From Clostridia bacterium (lineage in GTDB: Bacteria; Bacillota; Clostridia; Oscillospirales; UBA644): 64,000 nt of DNA. The position numbers and the translations under genes are program-made. The notes under the pieces were generated by a model. The model did no database searches. It saw only the letters and a list, made by a program, of their open reading frames with translations, and was not told where the DNA came from. Shown piece after piece: positions 17,059 to 26,167 of the stretch. How positions within the stretch are numbered: the first letter of the stretch is position 1; the number at the start of each line of letters is the position of its first letter. The stretch covers positions 6,538 to 70,537 of the forward strand of contig JAGAOU010000039.1 of assembly GCA_017623595.1 (NCBI GenBank), written 5' to 3'.

Positions 17059-20000
17059 TTAACCGATAACCTTGACGCCCAAGGTCACCTTTTCGCCGTT
17101 GATGTTCCATGCTTTTGCGTGTTCCGCTTCGGTGGGTTCGGTGTATTCTACTGCCTCGGCCAGAACTTCGGCCATGATGGTCTCTGCGTTGTTGCGGAAG
17201 AGATCGGCGATCTTATCATTTCCGTAGGTGTATACGGTGATGTGGTCGATCACCTCAAAGCCCGATTCCTTGCGCATGGTCTGGATCTTGCTGATGATTT
17301 CACGGACAAAGCCCTCTTCGATCAGCTCAGGAGTGAGGGTGGTATCCAGAACCACGGTCACGCCGTTGTCGGTGCAGGATTCGTATCCTTCGGTCTGAGC
17401 GGATTCGATGAGCAGATCTTCACGGGTCAGCAGGATTTCATTGCCGTTGATGTCTAACTTCAAAGCTCCGTTGGCTTCCAGCTCATCCATGGCGGCAGAA
17501 CCGTTGATTTCCGCCAAAGCGGTGCGGATTCCGCCCAGGAATTTGCCGTATTTGGGGCCAACGGTCTTCAGCTGAGGCTTGAAGGAATAGGAGAGGAACT
17601 GTTTGACACTTTCTGCCATACGAACCTCACGGATGTTCAGCTCGTCGGCAACAATGGCCTTGTATTCCTCGCCCAGATCACGGTCGGCCTTTACATACAT
17701 GGCTGCAATGGGCTGACGGTTCTTGATGTTGGCGGCGTTGCGGCAGTTACGGCCAAGGGTGACCACCTGCAGAACCTCTTCCATTTCCGCTTCCATATCG
17801 GGCTGAATGAGAGCTTCGTCGGCCACGGGGAAATCGCAGAGATGGACACTGATGGGGGCATCCTTGTCGATGCTGCAGACCAGATTGCGGTAGATTTCTT
17901 CGGTCATGAAGGGAATCATGGGTGCGGCCAGCTTGCAGAAGGTGACAAGAACGGTGTAAAGGGTCATGTAGGCGTTGATCTTATCCTGTTCCATGCCCTT
18001 GGCCCAGAAGCGGTCACGGGAGCGACGGACGTACCAGTTGCTCATTTCATCGGCAAAGGTCTGCATGATGCGTGCCGTTTCGGTGATCTTGTAGTTAGCC
18101 ATGCAGTCGTCCACGTTCTTGATCAACGTGTTCAGCTTGGAGAGCATCCACTTGTCCATGACGCTGAGCTTGTCATAGTCCAAAGTATATTTGGTGGCAT
18201 CGAAATTGTCAATGTTGGCATAGAGTACGAAGAAGGCATAGGTGTTCCAAAGGGTACCCATAAACTTGCGTTCCCCTTCGGTCACAGCTCCGTCATGATA
18301 ACGGTTGGGAAGCCAGGGTGCGGAGTTGGAGTAGAAATACCAACGGATGGCGTCTGCACCGTGCTTTGCCAGCGCATCAAAGGGATCTACGGCATTGCCC
18401 TTGGACTTGGACATCTTCTGCCCGTTGGCGTCCTGCACGTGTCCCAAAACAATGACGTTCTTATAGGGAGCCTTGTTGAAGAGCAGGGTAGAGATGGCCA
18501 GCAGAGAATAGAACCAACCGCGGGTCTGGTCAACCCCTTCACTGATAAAGTCGGCGGGGAAGGTCTTGTCGAAAATTTCCTTGTTTTCAAAGGGATAGTG
18601 CCACTGAGCAAAGGGCATAGCTCCTGAGTCGAACCAGCAGTCGATAACTTCGGGCACGCGATGCATCTTCTTGCCGCAGTGGGGGCAGTTGATGGTGACC
18701 GCATCAATGTAGGGGCGGTGCAGTTCTACGTTTTCGGGACAGTCATCGGACATGGATTTCAGTTCTTCGATGGAGCCGATGGCATGCTGATGACCGCATT
18801 CACACTGCCATACGTTCAGGGGTGTGCCCCAATAACGGTTACGGCTGATGCCCCAGTCTTGAACATTTTTCAGCCAATCGCCGAAGCGACCTGTGCCGAT
18901 GTTTTCGGGCATCCAGTTGATGGTGGCGTTGTTTCGCAGAAGATCATCCTTTACGGCGGTCATCTTGATGAACCAGGATTCCCGTGCGTAGTAGATCAGG
19001 GGAGTATCGCAACGCCAGCAGAAGGGATATTCGTGCTCGAATTTGGGTGCATCAAAGAGTTTGCCTTCCTTGTCCAGATCCATCAGAACATCGGGATCGG
19101 CATCCTTGACGAATTTGCCTGCGTAGGGCGTTTCTTCGGTCATGTGACCGGAGCCGTCCACGAACTGCACGAAGGGCAAATCATATTTGCGGCCAACCTT
19201 GGCGTCGTCTTCACCGAAGGCGGGAGCAATGTGAACGATACCCGTACCGTCAGCCATGGTAACATAGCCGTCACAGGTGATGAAAAATCCTTTTTTGTGC
19301 TGTTTTTCCGCAACGGCGGCGGCACAAGCGAAGAGAGGTTCGTATTCTTTCCCTTCCAAATCCTTCCCCTTATAGGTTTCAAGGATCTCATAGGCAGGGG
19401 TGTCCTCGGTGGCAAGTTTGCCCAGAACGGTGTCCAGAAGAGCCTGAGCCATGTAATAGGTGTAACCGTCGGCGGCCTTCACCTTGCAGTAGGTGTCGTC
19501 GGGGTTGACGCAGAGGGCCACATTGGAGGGCAGGGTCCAGGGGGTGGTGGTCCATGCCAGGAAGTATGCATCCTCGCCCTTGGTCTTGAAGCGAACCACG
19601 GCGGAACGCTCTTTCACGGTTTTGTATCCCTGCGCAACTTCAGGGCTGGAGAGGGGGGTTCCGCAACGGGGGCAATAGGGAACAATCTTAAAGCCTTTGT
19701 ACAAAAGGCCCTTTTCCCAGACCTGCTTCAGCGCCCACCATTCGGATTCGATGAAGTTGTTGTCATAGGTGACATAGGGATCCTTCATATCGGCCCAATA
19801 GCCTACCGTGTCGGAAAAATCCTCCCACATGCCCTTGTACTGCCAGACGCTTTCTTTGCATTCTTTGATGAAGGGCTCCAGACCGTATTCTTCGATCTGC
19901 TCTTTGCCGTCCAAGCCCAGCTTCTTTTCCACTTCCAGCTCCACGGGAAGACCATGGGTATCCCATCCTGCCTTGCGGACAGTGAAGTTTCCTTTCATGG

Positions 20001-20217
20001 CGCGGTAACGGGGGATCATGTCTTTGATGACACGGGTCAGAACATGTCCGATGTGGGGCTTGCCGTTGGCGGTGGGGGGACCGTCGTAGAAGGTATAATA
20101 TTCTCCGTCCTTGCGCTGATCGATGCTGGCTTCAAAGACCCCGTTCTTAGCCCAGAATTCACCGATCTTCTTTTCCCGTTCGACGAAATTCAGATCGCCC
20201 GAGACTTTTTCGTACAT
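17059..20217 (-). CDS. ileS: isoleucine--tRNA ligase, type 2 (long, Thermus/eukaryote-like form)
   Basis: 1052 aa from ATG 20217 (RBS GGAGGA). Seen: YTFYDGPPTANGKPHIGH (HIGH) and KMSKSKGN (KMSKS). The ORF-track extension to 20343 runs into the T-box leader. Confidence 0.95.
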   Translation of the reverse strand: MYEKVSGDLNFVEREKKIGEFWAKNGVFEASIDQRKDGEYYTFYDGPPTANGKPHIGHVLTRVIKDMIPRYRAMKGNFTVRKAGWDTHGLPVELEVEKKLGLDGKEQIEEYGLEPFIKECKESVWQYKGMWEDFSDTVGYWADMKDPYVTYDNNFIESEWWALKQVWEKGLLYKGFKIVPYCPRCGTPLSSPEVAQGYKTVKERSAVVRFKTKGEDAYFLAWTTTPWTLPSNVALCVNPDDTYCKVKAADGYTYYMAQALLDTVLGKLATEDTPAYEILETYKGKDLEGKEYEPLFACAAAVAEKQHKKGFFITCDGYVTMADGTGIVHIAPAFGEDDAKVGRKYDLPFVQFVDGSGHMTEETPYAGKFVKDADPDVLMDLDKEGKLFDAPKFEHEYPFCWRCDTPLIYYARESWFIKMTAVKDDLLRNNATINWMPENIGTGRFGDWLKNVQDWGISRNRYWGTPLNVWQCECGHQHAIGSIEELKSMSDDCPENVELHRPYIDAVTINCPHCGKKMHRVPEVIDCWFDSGAMPFAQWHYPFENKEIFDKTFPADFISEGVDQTRGWFYSLLAISTLLFNKAPYKNVIVLGHVQDANGQKMSKSKGNAVDPFDALAKHGADAIRWYFYSNSAPWLPNRYHDGAVTEGERKFMGTLWNTYAFFVLYANIDNFDATKYTLDYDKLSVMDKWMLSKLNTLIKNVDDCMANYKITETARIMQTFADEMSNWYVRRSRDRFWAKGMEQDKINAYMTLYTVLVTFCKLAAPMIPFMTEEIYRNLVCSIDKDAPISVHLCDFPVADEALIQPDMEAEMEEVLQVVTLGRNCRNAANIKNRQPIAAMYVKADRDLGEEYKAIVADELNIREVRMAESVKQFLSYSFKPQLKTVGPKYGKFLGGIRTALAEINGSAAMDELEANGALKLDINGNEILLTREDLLIESAQTEGYESCTDNGVTVVLDTTLTPELIEEGFVREIISKIQTMRKESGFEVIDHITVYTYGNDKIADLFRNNAETIMAEVLAEAVEYTEPTEAEHAKAWNINGEKVTLGVKVIG

Positions 20218-20239
20218 AGCGTTTTCCTCCGTATTGTTC

Positions 20240-20527
20240 GAAACTGCCGAAAAACAAAAATCCTCCGCCCCGCAGCAACGGGACGAAGGAAATCCTTCGT
20301 TCAACCACCCGATGAGCATACGATCATATGCCTCCCCGTTCACGTGGGGGATCTACGGCGTCGCTTACTGAGGCTTTCGCCCGTTCGGTACGCAGCTCGG
20401 AAGTGATCTTCATCCTACGTTACTCCGCACCGGGCTTACACCCTCCCCGGCTCGCTTCGCGTTTCTCTGTGGGACTACTGTCTTCGTCACAGCTTTTCGG
20501 TTCAGTTTTCGTGATTTAAATTATATA
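20240..20527 (-). promoter_or_regulatory. T-box leader (Ile specifier) with terminator/antiterminator
   Basis: Read on the minus strand: AGAGA and GGTG...AGTA stem I elements, and a specifier loop ...GAAG-ATC-A (ATC = Ile; plus coordinates 20405..20407). The T-box core is GGGTGGTTGA (20301..20310), with UGGU able to pair with tRNA-ACCA. The terminator has a 12-bp stem (20261..20272 / 20279..20290) plus a T-run. Confidence 0.78.
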
Positions 20528-20533
20528 TACAAT

Positions 20534-20562
20534 ATTATAGCACGATTTTTCTCTTTTGTCAA
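20534..20562 (-). promoter_or_regulatory. SigA-type promoter of the ileS T-box leader
   Basis: -35 TTGACA (20562..20557), 17-bp spacer, extended -10 TGcTATAAT (-10 at 20539..20534). Confidence 0.7.
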
Positions 20563-20566
20563 GTGG

Positions 20567-21760
20567 TTATTCCATTTTTTTGCACTTTAAACATGTTACG
20601 TACCCGCAGGAGAGAAGCAGGGGAGCGTAGACGTTAGGATAGATTGAAAAATCGATCTTGTTTGCGAGGAATCTTAATGCTTCCATCAGATCCTCGGAAA
20701 CGTTATGTTGGGGGCAGAGGGCGGCGATGCAAGCGCCTTCTCCCACCGAACGAACGGGATAAAAGGCGGCATTTTCCTTTCGTTCGCTTTGGGCAGGGTT
20801 TTCGTAGCGATAGCCGTTAAAAACCTCTCGGTACAGCGGCTCAACCCGATTCCATTTTTGGAAGGAATAATAAAGGGAGGCCTCATATGCTCCGTTTCGG
20901 AATTTTTCTGCAGAGGCAAGGGCCTTTCTTTCTCCGATTTTTGCGAGGGTACACATTCTGGCGAGAAGCTTTTCCTTGAAAATCGGATCTTCTTCACAAT
21001 CGTATGCCGCCCGCAGAGAATACTGCATTTGAAGGATTGCGTAGCATTTGTAATGCTCGGGTATCGGTGCAAGGGAATTTGAAAAAGCTTCGTTTCGATA
21101 CTTCAGATAAAGCTCTTTCCAATGGGGATCTTTTGTTACATGATAGGCCGCCAAATAAAACATAGGCAGGCGAAACCACTCATGAACGGAAACGCCTCCC
21201 CAAAGCTTTCCGACCTTTCCTATGGATCCGTCTTCCCGGCTCAGATGACACTCTCCGCTTGCGTCCGTGTCTCTTTCGCAACGCATTGCAATTTCGGTCA
21301 GAACCCGCTTGATTTCTTTTTTTTGTTCCTCATCGCACAGGGGAGAATTGTACAGCCGCAATGCACCGAAAACCCAATGCGTGTACTGATCCCTTGAGCT
21401 TTCGATGTAGTGGGTTTTCCCGTCTTCGGGGGAAATGCTCCGAGCGATAAAGCCGTGGGGCATGGCACATCGGAGAAGTCCTCGGAAGAGCATATCCGCA
21501 ATGGGTTTGAGATTCGAATCCTCGGTTAGTTCGTATGCGCAGAGTACCGCATCTAACGCACTTCCTCCGTTCAGGGTTGAATCCTCCATTCCCGTTCCCC
21601 ATCCGCAGGGGTTTGGGTTGTTCTTTTCTATCTCTGCGACGGAGGGTATATCAGACCAAGCAGAGGGTTCTCCTTCGGGGATGAATTCATAAAACACTTC
21701 TGTTTTCGGACAGAAAAATCGGGAAAAAGCAGTGTTCCACGCCTGATAAAGGGCTTTCAT
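20567..21760 (-). CDS. hypothetical protein (397 aa), possibly an all-alpha (alpha/alpha)6 glycosidase-like fold
   Basis: RBS GGGAGGA, 16 nt downstream of the ybaK stop. No signal peptide. Trp/Tyr-rich helical repeats and a NPNPCGWGTGMEDSTLNGG segment. I cannot place the family. Confidence 0.7.
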   Translation of the reverse strand: MKALYQAWNTAFSRFFCPKTEVFYEFIPEGEPSAWSDIPSVAEIEKNNPNPCGWGTGMEDSTLNGGSALDAVLCAYELTEDSNLKPIADMLFRGLLRCAMPHGFIARSISPEDGKTHYIESSRDQYTHWVFGALRLYNSPLCDEEQKKEIKRVLTEIAMRCERDTDASGECHLSREDGSIGKVGKLWGGVSVHEWFRLPMFYLAAYHVTKDPHWKELYLKYRNEAFSNSLAPIPEHYKCYAILQMQYSLRAAYDCEEDPIFKEKLLARMCTLAKIGERKALASAEKFRNGAYEASLYYSFQKWNRVEPLYREVFNGYRYENPAQSERKENAAFYPVRSVGEGACIAALCPQHNVSEDLMEALRFLANKIDFSIYPNVYAPLLLSCGYVTCLKCKKME

Positions 21761-21776
21761 TCGGTTCCTCCCGTGT

Positions 21777-22253
21777 TTATTCCGTTGTCGTCAGCGCGCA
21801 GACCGTCGCGCCCACGCAGTCCACAATCTCGTCCACGTTGACCAGCAGCTGGCATCCCTTGACCCCTGCGCTGACGGTGATTTTTTCGTAATCCCGACAG
21901 GCCTCGTCAATGTAGGTGGGAAATTTCTTTTTCATCCCAAGGGGAGAGCAGGCGCCGCGCACGTATCCCGTAAGGCCGGGCAGATCCTTCACCGCCAAGG
22001 GCTCGACCTTTTTGTTTCCCGTGATTTTGGCCGCCTTTTTCAGATCGATTTCCCGATCGGCGGGGATGCAGAAAACCACAGGGCCCGTCTTGTCTCCACG
22101 GGTAACGATGGTCTTGAAGCACTGACCCGCAGGCAGACCGATCTGCTCAGCAATGTGTACGCCGCTCAGATCCTTTTCGTCGGGAATATATTCCTTTGGC
22201 TCATATTGAATTTTTGCCTTGTCCAGCATGCGCATAGCGTTTGTTTTGTTCAT
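21777..22253 (-). CDS. ybaK: Cys-tRNA(Pro)/Cys-tRNA(Cys) deacylase, YbaK/EbsC family
   Basis: 158 aa with MNKTNAMRMLDKAKIQYE...FKTIV...CSPLGMKK, typical of YbaK. RBS GAGGTG. Confidence 0.88.
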   Translation of the reverse strand: MNKTNAMRMLDKAKIQYEPKEYIPDEKDLSGVHIAEQIGLPAGQCFKTIVTRGDKTGPVVFCIPADREIDLKKAAKITGNKKVEPLAVKDLPGLTGYVRGACSPLGMKKKFPTYIDEACRDYEKITVSAGVKGCQLLVNVDEIVDCVGATVCALTTTE

Positions 22254-22279
22254 TTTATGCTCACCTCGTATCTGATTGT

Positions 22280-22308
22280 ATTATAGCACGGTTTTTTGCA
22301 AAAATCAA
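22280..22308 (-). promoter_or_regulatory. SigA-type promoter of ybaK
   Basis: -35 TTGATT (22308..22303), 17-bp spacer, extended -10 TGcTATAAT (-10 at 22285..22280). Confidence 0.55.
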
Positions 22309-22351
22309 GGGCGCAAAATGTGAAAAAAGTGTTATAATCGGTTGATATACC

Positions 22352-22381
22352 TTGACAAGATGGGGGAATCAATGGTATACT
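22352..22381 (+). promoter_or_regulatory. SigA-type promoter of the lysine-riboswitch leader
   Basis: -35 TTGACA (22352..22357), 18-bp spacer, -10 TATACT (22376..22381). Confidence 0.6.
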
Positions 22382-22403
22382 GTAAAAAACGGAACATGCC
22401 GAA

Positions 22404-22610
22404 GATAGAGGTGCGGTCGCCACCGATTCCGGAATATGCCTGAGGCGGGTGCGGAATTGAGGACGGTCGCCGAGGTTGCGGTGAGGGCCTTTCAGCCGCA
22501 ATCGGGACGGCGCAGAAGATGCGTCGTACTGTCACAGAACCCTGTGGAGCGCTATCATGATTTGCAATTCCCCGTGTCATGAAGCATCTTCATGGCACGT
22601 TTTGTTTTTT
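22404..22610 (+). promoter_or_regulatory. Lysine riboswitch (L-box) with intrinsic terminator
   Basis: GAAGATAGAGGTGCG..., ...AATATGCCTGAGG..., ...GAGGACGGTCGCCGAGG... and ...CTGTCACAGAA... match conserved L-box blocks of B. subtilis lysC as I recall them. P1 is closed by GATAG (22404..) / CTATC (..22556). The terminator has a 12-bp stem (22573..22584 / 22588..22599) plus TTTTGTTTTTT. Confidence 0.88.
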
Positions 22611-22635
22611 CAGATTATTTTTCGGAGGGAAAACA

Positions 22636-24369
22636 ATGAAAAAGATGACCCGAATTTTCGGTATTCTGCTGCTTTGTCTTGCCTTGGTGGGAGCCATGTC
22701 CATGGTCTTCTCCGCCGAAGAGGCAACCGACGTTGCGGCGGCGTCCGAAGAGGCTGCGGAATACGCCAGCAGCTTTTACAACACCTTTCTCGCGCTCCTG
22801 CCCCCCATTATCGCCATCGGCCTTGCCCTGATCACCAAGGAAGTGTATTCTTCCTTGTTCATCGGTATTTTGTCGGGCGGTATTCTTTATGCCATCTCTG
22901 CCGACGGTTTCAGCTTTGAGACCATGTTCAACGCCGTTCTGAAGGACGGTCTTTTGAACAATCTGGCGGATGATTATAATATGGGCATTTTGATCTTCCT
23001 TGTGGTTCTCGGTATCATCGTTGTGATGATGAACCGTGCGGGCGGCTCCCGTTCCTACGGTGAGTGGGCATCCAAGCGGATTAAGTCCAACAAGGGGGCT
23101 CAGGCTTCCACCTTCGGGCTGGGTGTTCTGATCTTTGTGGATGACTATTTTAACTGCCTGACCGTGGGTAGCGTTATGCGTCCCTTGACCGACAAACAGC
23201 GGATCTCCCGTGCCAAGCTGGCCTATCTGATCGACGCCACCGCCGCTCCTGTCTGCATTATCGCTCCCATCTCTTCCTGGGCCGCCGCCGTCAGCGGTAC
23301 GGTCACGGGCTCCAGCGGTGTGGAGGTCAACGGTCTGGAACTGTTTATCCGCACCATTCCTTACAATCTCTACGCACTTCTGACTCTCGCCATGGTTCTT
23401 TTTGTGGCCTTCTCCGGCAAGGATTTCGGCCCCATGCGCAAGCATGAGCTTCGTGCACGGATCAATGGTGATCTGACCTCCGGTATTGATTCCGGCGAAA
23501 GCGAAGAGGAAGAAAAGTCCAACGCCAAGGGCAAGGTGATTGACCTTGTGCTTCCCGTTGTGATTCTGATCGTCTTCTGCGTTGTCGGTATGCTTTACAC
23601 CGGCGGGTTCTTCAGCGGAACGGGAATTATCGACGCCTTTGCAGGCTGCGATGCTTCTTACGGTTTGGCCCTCGGTTCACTCGGTGCGCTTCTGATCAAT
23701 GTGGTTTATTTCCTCTGCCGCCGTGTTCTTTCCTTTAAGGAAAGCATGGCCGCCATCCCCGAAGGCTTCAAGCAGATGGTTCCCGCCATTCTGATCCTTA
23801 CCTTCGCTTGGGGGCTGAAGGGAATGACCGGTCTTCTCGGTGCAGATGTTTACGTTGCAGAGCTGGTGAAGAGCGCCACCGCCCTCCAGATCCTCCTGCC
23901 CGCAATCCTCTTCATCGTTGCCGTATTCCTTGCCTTTGCCACCGGCACTTCCTGGGGTACCTTCGGTATCTTGATTCCCATCGTCACCGGTGTCTTCGAA
24001 GCGGATCTTGCCAACATCACCGAATCTGCCGGATCGCTGCCCACCTTGATGGTGATCTGCATTTCCGCCTGCCTTGCCGGTGCGGTCTGCGGTGACCACT
24101 GCTCGCCCATTTCCGACACCACCATTATGTCCTCCACGGGCGCCAAGTGTGATCACGTGACCCACGTTTCCACTCAGTTGCCCTATGCTATGACCGTGGC
24201 CTCCGTTTGCTTAGTCGGTTATCTGATTTCCGGATTCATTCAGAATGTCTGGGTTGTTCTCGGTGTCAGCATGGTACTGCTGTTTGCAATCCTCTTTGTT
24301 GTGACAAAAATCGCAAATCGCAACAATGCCGCAGAAGAAGCTGCTCTGCGGAAGGAACTCCAAGAATAA
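22636..24369 (+). CDS. NhaC-family (Na+/H+ antiporter superfamily) transporter, predicted lysine transporter of the LysW type
   Basis: 577 aa and polytopic. Start ATG 22636 follows RBS GGAGGG. The ORF-track start 22579 lies inside the riboswitch terminator. Control by an L-box implies a lysine-related substrate. Confidence 0.85.
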   Translation: MKKMTRIFGILLLCLALVGAMSMVFSAEEATDVAAASEEAAEYASSFYNTFLALLPPIIAIGLALITKEVYSSLFIGILSGGILYAISADGFSFETMFNAVLKDGLLNNLADDYNMGILIFLVVLGIIVVMMNRAGGSRSYGEWASKRIKSNKGAQASTFGLGVLIFVDDYFNCLTVGSVMRPLTDKQRISRAKLAYLIDATAAPVCIIAPISSWAAAVSGTVTGSSGVEVNGLELFIRTIPYNLYALLTLAMVLFVAFSGKDFGPMRKHELRARINGDLTSGIDSGESEEEEKSNAKGKVIDLVLPVVILIVFCVVGMLYTGGFFSGTGIIDAFAGCDASYGLALGSLGALLINVVYFLCRRVLSFKESMAAIPEGFKQMVPAILILTFAWGLKGMTGLLGADVYVAELVKSATALQILLPAILFIVAVFLAFATGTSWGTFGILIPIVTGVFEADLANITESAGSLPTLMVICISACLAGAVCGDHCSPISDTTIMSSTGAKCDHVTHVSTQLPYAMTVASVCLVGYLISGFIQNVWVVLGVSMVLLFAILFVVTKIANRNNAAEEAALRKELQE

Positions 24370-24386
24370 TAAACTCCCATAATAAG

Positions 24387-24411
24387 AGACCGCCGACACC
24401 GTCGGCGGTCT
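24387..24411 (+). terminator. Intrinsic terminator after the NhaC-family gene
   Basis: 11-bp stem AGACCGCCGAC / GTCGGCGGTCT, 3-nt loop, T-containing tail. Confidence 0.65.
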
Positions 24412-24454
24412 TAATTTGTCAACTATAGGAGAAGTGTACTTTCTTTTTCCTCAG

Positions 24455-24479
24455 AAAAAAGAAAGAACACGTTCTTTGC
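24455..24479 (-). terminator. Probable intrinsic terminator after the GH2 gene
   Basis: On the minus strand, an AAAGAAC-GT-GTTCTTT hairpin is followed by CTTTTTTC. It is AU-rich, hence the modest confidence. Confidence 0.45.
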
Positions 24480-24480
24480 A

Positions 24481-26166
24481 TTATAATTTCAGCTTTTCTG
24501 CAATAGCAAGCATCCGCTCGGGGGAGACCTTCAGCACCTTTCTGTCATAGGACAGAAGACCGTTGGTTTCGTCCTCCACGTCGGAGACCTGGGTATACAC
24601 CGCACCGCATAGCCCCTTCGGCAGCGCAGGAATGATTTCTGTTTCATACAACGCCACCAAGGCGTCCTCGAATTTTTCCCGATCCTCGAAAAAGCGGTAA
24701 CCGTAAGGCTTTCCCGGGTGGTAGATGTGTCCTTCGGGCTGATAGGAATATCCTCCGAATTCGGACAACACCACGGGCTTGTTACAAGAGGTGATTTTTA
24801 CGGGCTTTAAATAGACGTGCAGGCTTTCCACATCGCTCTTTTTCCCTTTGAACCACCCCGAGGTGGCATCAATGAAGCGGGAAGAATCCAATGCTTTCAA
24901 CTTTTCGTACATTGCGGCACTGTCAAACTGTCCCCAGCCTTCGTTGAAGATGGTCCAATAGCAGATGCATGGATGATTGTACAACTGTTGTACCGTGTCT
25001 CTCATTCCGTTTTCGAAATGAAGGCGGGCAGTCTTGTTCCGATGCAACCATTTGTCGGGGAATTTCTTCATTCCCACCGTGGGAAGGGCCGTATCCCGCA
25101 AGAAGGAATATTTTCCGTTGTTGACCATGTCCTGAAAGACGATCATTCCCAAGCGATCGCATTCGTAATAGAAATGCTCAGGCTCCACCTTGATGTGTTT
25201 TCGCAGCATATTGAAGCCCAATGCCTTCATTTCCACGATGTCTCTCGTGTAGTTTTCGGGGGATGCGGGGGTAAAAATACCATCGCTGTAATATCCCTGG
25301 TCCAAAAGACCGTGGAAGAAATAGGGCTTTCCGTTCAGACAAAGACGGGGAATCCCATCTACGGTTTTGGTTTCCAAGGTCCGCAGAGCAAAATATGATG
25401 AGATTTTATCTTCCCCCGATTCCACCGTAAAGTTGTACAAATAAGGATCTTCGGGCGACCACATCCGCGGATTTTGGATTTCAATTCGAACCTTGCCTTC
25501 GGCTAAATTCCTTTGAATTTCGCCCTCGGGGGTTTGAACGGTAACAGATCCGTCGGTGACACCTTCGGTTGTGATTTCCGCAAAATCCGCTCCCATATCA
25601 ATTTTCAGTGATTGGATATAAGCCTCCGGAACGCTTTCCAGCCATACCGTTTGCCAAATTCCCGTAATCGGCGTGTACCACATGCCGCCCCGCTTCTCTC
25701 GCTGCTTTCCGTAGGGGAGAAGGTGCTCGGGTTTCAGGTTGGAGCATTCCACGGTCAGTTCGTTTTCTTCCTGCAAATAGTCCGTGACATCAAAGCAGAA
25801 CGCATCGTAGCCACCCACATGCCATGCACAGCCCTGCCCGTTGAGTTCTATAAAAATCCGTTGATCTGCCGCACCGAAGTGCAAAAGCACCCGCCCCTTG
25901 AGGAAGCCCTCGGGGAGGGAGAAGGTTTTTCTGTATTTCACCGCAGGGGATTTTCCAAGTCTCCGTCCGATGCCCGACAGGGCCGATTCGGGAGGAAAGG
26001 GAACGGTGATTTTCTCCCAATCTCCGCCGTTGACGGAAAAATCCCATTCTCCATTCAAACAGAAAAAGGAATCCCGTTTCATCTGGGGTCGGGGGTAAAT
26101 ATTCCAGGGCTGTCCCGATAAGGATTCTCCTTCTTTGGTGTAAAGGGTTACAAATTCGTCTTTCAT
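24481..26166 (-). CDS. glycoside hydrolase family 2 (beta-galactosidase/beta-glucuronidase-like), cytoplasmic
   Basis: 561 aa. Seen: GGYDAFCFDVT (sugar-binding domain), YNHPCICYWTIFNEGWG (acid/base region), VLSEFGGY (nucleophile region). The RBS lies within the 3' end of the upstream MFS gene, with a 1-nt gap. Confidence 0.85.
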   Translation of the reverse strand: MKDEFVTLYTKEGESLSGQPWNIYPRPQMKRDSFFCLNGEWDFSVNGGDWEKITVPFPPESALSGIGRRLGKSPAVKYRKTFSLPEGFLKGRVLLHFGAADQRIFIELNGQGCAWHVGGYDAFCFDVTDYLQEENELTVECSNLKPEHLLPYGKQREKRGGMWYTPITGIWQTVWLESVPEAYIQSLKIDMGADFAEITTEGVTDGSVTVQTPEGEIQRNLAEGKVRIEIQNPRMWSPEDPYLYNFTVESGEDKISSYFALRTLETKTVDGIPRLCLNGKPYFFHGLLDQGYYSDGIFTPASPENYTRDIVEMKALGFNMLRKHIKVEPEHFYYECDRLGMIVFQDMVNNGKYSFLRDTALPTVGMKKFPDKWLHRNKTARLHFENGMRDTVQQLYNHPCICYWTIFNEGWGQFDSAAMYEKLKALDSSRFIDATSGWFKGKKSDVESLHVYLKPVKITSCNKPVVLSEFGGYSYQPEGHIYHPGKPYGYRFFEDREKFEDALVALYETEIIPALPKGLCGAVYTQVSDVEDETNGLLSYDRKVLKVSPERMLAIAEKLKL

Positions 26167-26167
26167 G

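Noticed and set aside
20218-20343. 42-codon N-terminal extension of ileS in the ORF track
   Set aside because: The extension runs through the T-box terminator and antiterminator. ATG 20217 has a GGAGGA RBS and gives the canonical IleRS N-terminus. The extensions of pepF (to 10342), fucO (14726), the NhaC gene (22579), the MFS gene (27691), pnp (53155), ackA (38396) and eutH (57505) were rejected on the same kind of RBS, promoter or structure grounds.
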